Virus record (IMG/VR): IMGVR_UViG_3300031951_000129
Reading direction: 5' to 3' (one strand)
From: an uncultured virus (IMG/VR IMGVR_UViG_3300031951_000129)
Taxonomy: Duplodnaviria; Heunggongvirae; Uroviricota; Caudoviricetes
DNA length: 64,000 nt
The notes beneath the pieces were generated by a model, which had not been told where the DNA came from, made no database searches, and saw only the letters and a list, made by a program, of their open reading frames with translations. How positions within the stretch are numbered: the stretch's first letter is position 1; every line of letters starts with the position of its first letter. This document shows positions 61,899-64,000 of this stretch, piece after piece. Position numbers and translations under genes: made by a program.

Positions 61899-64000
61899 TC
61901 ACTCCTTCGATTTTGTGGTGCTGTTGTCGGTGCGGTCCACAAGCCGCTGGGACGCGGCCGAGGCGAGCTGGGTGCCTGCCTGCAGCGCCGCGCGGGATTC
62001 CGCGCTCTTGTCCGCCATGATCTGCGTGGCCAGCCGCACGCCGACACGCGCGCCCTCGCGCTCGTCTTCGGAGGCGATGCGCTCCCGGTTGACCTCGATG
62101 GTGGCCGCCTTGTTGGCCATGTCGAGTTCCAGCTTGGCCTTGTCCAGCAGCATCTGGTGCTCCGCGACGGACTCCTCCAGTTCGAGCCGGCGCTCCTTGA
62201 TCTCCAGCTCCTTGAGCTGGATCTGCGTCAGCGGGTTCTGCGCCTCGGCGTCTGCCTCCGCCTGCGCTGCTTCTGCCTTGTTCGACGCCAGCAGCTTCTG
62301 GGCCGCCTCGGCCACCGCGCGGGACAGGTCGACCTCGACATCCTCTGGCAGCGGCGTCTCCTCGGCCGGCAGCTCCGTGCCCAGCTTCTTCTCGATCTCC
62401 TTGCGGTACTGGAAGGCGACGTGCTCGGTGATGTGCGACGCCATGGCGTTCTGGATAGCGGCGGCGAAGGGCGACTGCCCGACGATCTGCTGCAGCTTGG
62501 GGTCCTCCATAGCGGCCATGTGCACGGCGATGTGCGCCTCGTGGTCTTGGTAGAGGAACGCCTTGACCGGCTCCTGACGCAGCACGGCCATGTTCTCGGC
62601 CACCGGGTCCTTGGGCAGGATCTCGTCGGGCATCTTGACGATCTCGGCGGCGTCCTGAATGCCCATCACGGTCAGCATCTGCCGGTGCAGCTTGGCCATG
62701 TCGTAGAACTGCGGGGACTGCTGCGCGAGCTGCAGCGCAGCTTGGTACTGCACGATGCGCTGGGCCATGGTGGCGGCGTTGGGGTCGGAGACGGGGATGA
62801 CGTCCACGGTGTTGGGGTCGAAGTCGGCCTTGCGGCTGAACTCCTCCGGCGTGTCGTAGGAATACTCGTCGGGCATGAAGTCGTGCACGACCCGCGCCAG
62901 AATGCGCAGCTCCTTGTGCATCGCGGCGTGCATGCGGGCCTGCACCCCGGACATCACCTTCATGGACCGCTCCATCAGGGCGAGCGTGGTGCCCACCGGC
63001 GCCTGCGCGCTCATGTCCCCGACTTGGATATCGGCCACGGAGCCGATACGCCGCCCCTCGTCGACGATGTTGCCCAAGAGCTGGTAGAGCACCGCGGAGG
63101 GCTCCTTGTAGGGCAGCGGGAAGATGGAGTCGCGGATAGCCCCTCCGGGGATGTCGACGTCGCGGAACTCGCCCGGCATTAGCGGCGTGTTGTCGCCCTT
63201 GATGCGGAGCCCACGGGCCTTGAGCCCGGCCGGCAGGTTGGACAGCGTGCCAGCGTCGATCAGCTGGCGGAGGATAGAGGTGGCAGACTTGGCCAGACCT
63301 CCGATGAGGTGGATGAGCCCGATGCCGTAGAAGCCCATGCCGGGCAGGTACAGGTAGTGGGTGAAGTGCATCCGCTTGCGCTTCTTGACGTCGTCCTCGT
63401 ACCAATTCCGGCGGATGGCGAGGATCTTCCGCGAGGAGAGGTCGATTGTGACCACATGCGGCCGCGCGATGCCATCGGGGTCGTCGTAGGGCTCGGGCAG
63501 GTTGATATCGACGTGCATCTCCAGCAGCGTGTGCCGCGGGTCGTCGGTCATGGGCACCTCGGTGCCCTCCATCTCGTCGTACTTCTCCTGCACGTCGCTG
63601 CGCTCGGTCACCGGGTCCGGCAGCTCGATCTCGCGGTAGAAGCCCGCCACCTGCAGTTCGAGGACCTCGTTGGGGAACTTCTTCATGACGTGCGTGTAGC
63701 GCGGGCACCGTTCGAGGTTTGACGCGCCGTACGCGATGACGAAGTCCTCTGCCGGCACGAAGATAGACACCGGGCGCTCAAGGATGGGGTCGTAGTAGAG
63801 CTTCTTGAACGCGGAGCCCGCCAGCGGCAGGCGGAACGTCATCATCTCCATCTCGTCGCGGAACTCGGTCATCTCCTCGGTGATGATGTAGTTCATCTCG
63901 TTGCGGACGCGGACGGCCTGCTCGTCTTTCTCCCGGGTGGGTGCGCCGACGACTTTCGTCTCCACCGGCCCCTGCGCGGGCATCATCTCGCTCATGGCCT
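61899..64000 (-). CDS. Portal protein, 5' end beyond window edge
   Basis: More than 698 aa; GSAFKK.YYD, GFYGIGL and RQLIDAGTLSNLP motifs. Confidence 0.88.
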   Translation of the reverse strand, partial: AMSEMMPAQGPVETKVVGAPTREKDEQAVRVRNEMNYIITEEMTEFRDEMEMMTFRLPLAGSAFKKLYYDPILERPVSIFVPAEDFVIAYGASNLERCPRYTHVMKKFPNEVLELQVAGFYREIELPDPVTERSDVQEKYDEMEGTEVPMTDDPRHTLLEMHVDINLPEPYDDPDGIARPHVVTIDLSSRKILAIRRNWYEDDVKKRKRMHFTHYLYLPGMGFYGIGLIHLIGGLAKSATSILRQLIDAGTLSNLPAGLKARGLRIKGDNTPLMPGEFRDVDIPGGAIRDSIFPLPYKEPSAVLYQLLGNIVDEGRRIGSVADIQVGDMSAQAPVGTTLALMERSMKVMSGVQARMHAAMHKELRILARVVHDFMPDEYSYDTPEEFSRKADFDPNTVDVIPVSDPNAATMAQRIVQYQAALQLAQQSPQFYDMAKLHRQMLTVMGIQDAAEIVKMPDEILPKDPVAENMAVLRQEPVKAFLYQDHEAHIAVHMAAMEDPKLQQIVGQSPFAAAIQNAMASHITEHVAFQYRKEIEKKLGTELPAEETPLPEDVEVDLSRAVAEAAQKLLASNKAEAAQAEADAEAQNPLTQIQLKELEIKERRLELEESVAEHQMLLDKAKLELDMANKAATIEVNRERIASEDEREGARVGVRLATQIMADKSAESRAALQAGTQLASAASQRLVDRTDNSTTKSKE

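Overview
The window is an almost complete (~65% GC) tailed dsDNA phage genome of podovirus-like organisation. The terminase large subunit runs off the left edge and the portal runs off the right edge, so the genome is probably only slightly longer than the window and circular or permuted. The + strand (3.4-30.7 kb) carries early/accessory genes: a tandem array of tiny Gly-rich proteins, a long structured non-coding leader, and a MoxR-like AAA/vWA-peptidase module. It also carries replication genes (family A DNA polymerase, PD-(D/E)XK exonuclease, SNF2 helicase, SSB-like protein, primase-helicase). The - strand carries terS/terL (0-2.9 kb) and, from 30.8 to 64 kb, portal, GroES-like protein, scaffold, major capsid, adaptor/tube proteins, fibres, lysis genes and large ejection proteins. 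No integrase, RNA polymerase, reverse transcriptase, tRNA or CRISPR array was recognised. The most notable observations are: (1) about ten short Gly-rich ORFs linked to a DUF6948-like protein that carries an optional in-frame Gly-rich N-terminus; (2) a TerL intein whose endonuclease VII is encoded as a separate gene in a different reading frame inside the still-open intein frame; (3) a 19-bp palindrome GTTATGC-N5-GCATAAC present about 17 times; (4) a ~500-nt structured RNA candidate; (5) helically phased iteron-like repeats. Family names come from motif recognition by eye, not from database searches.
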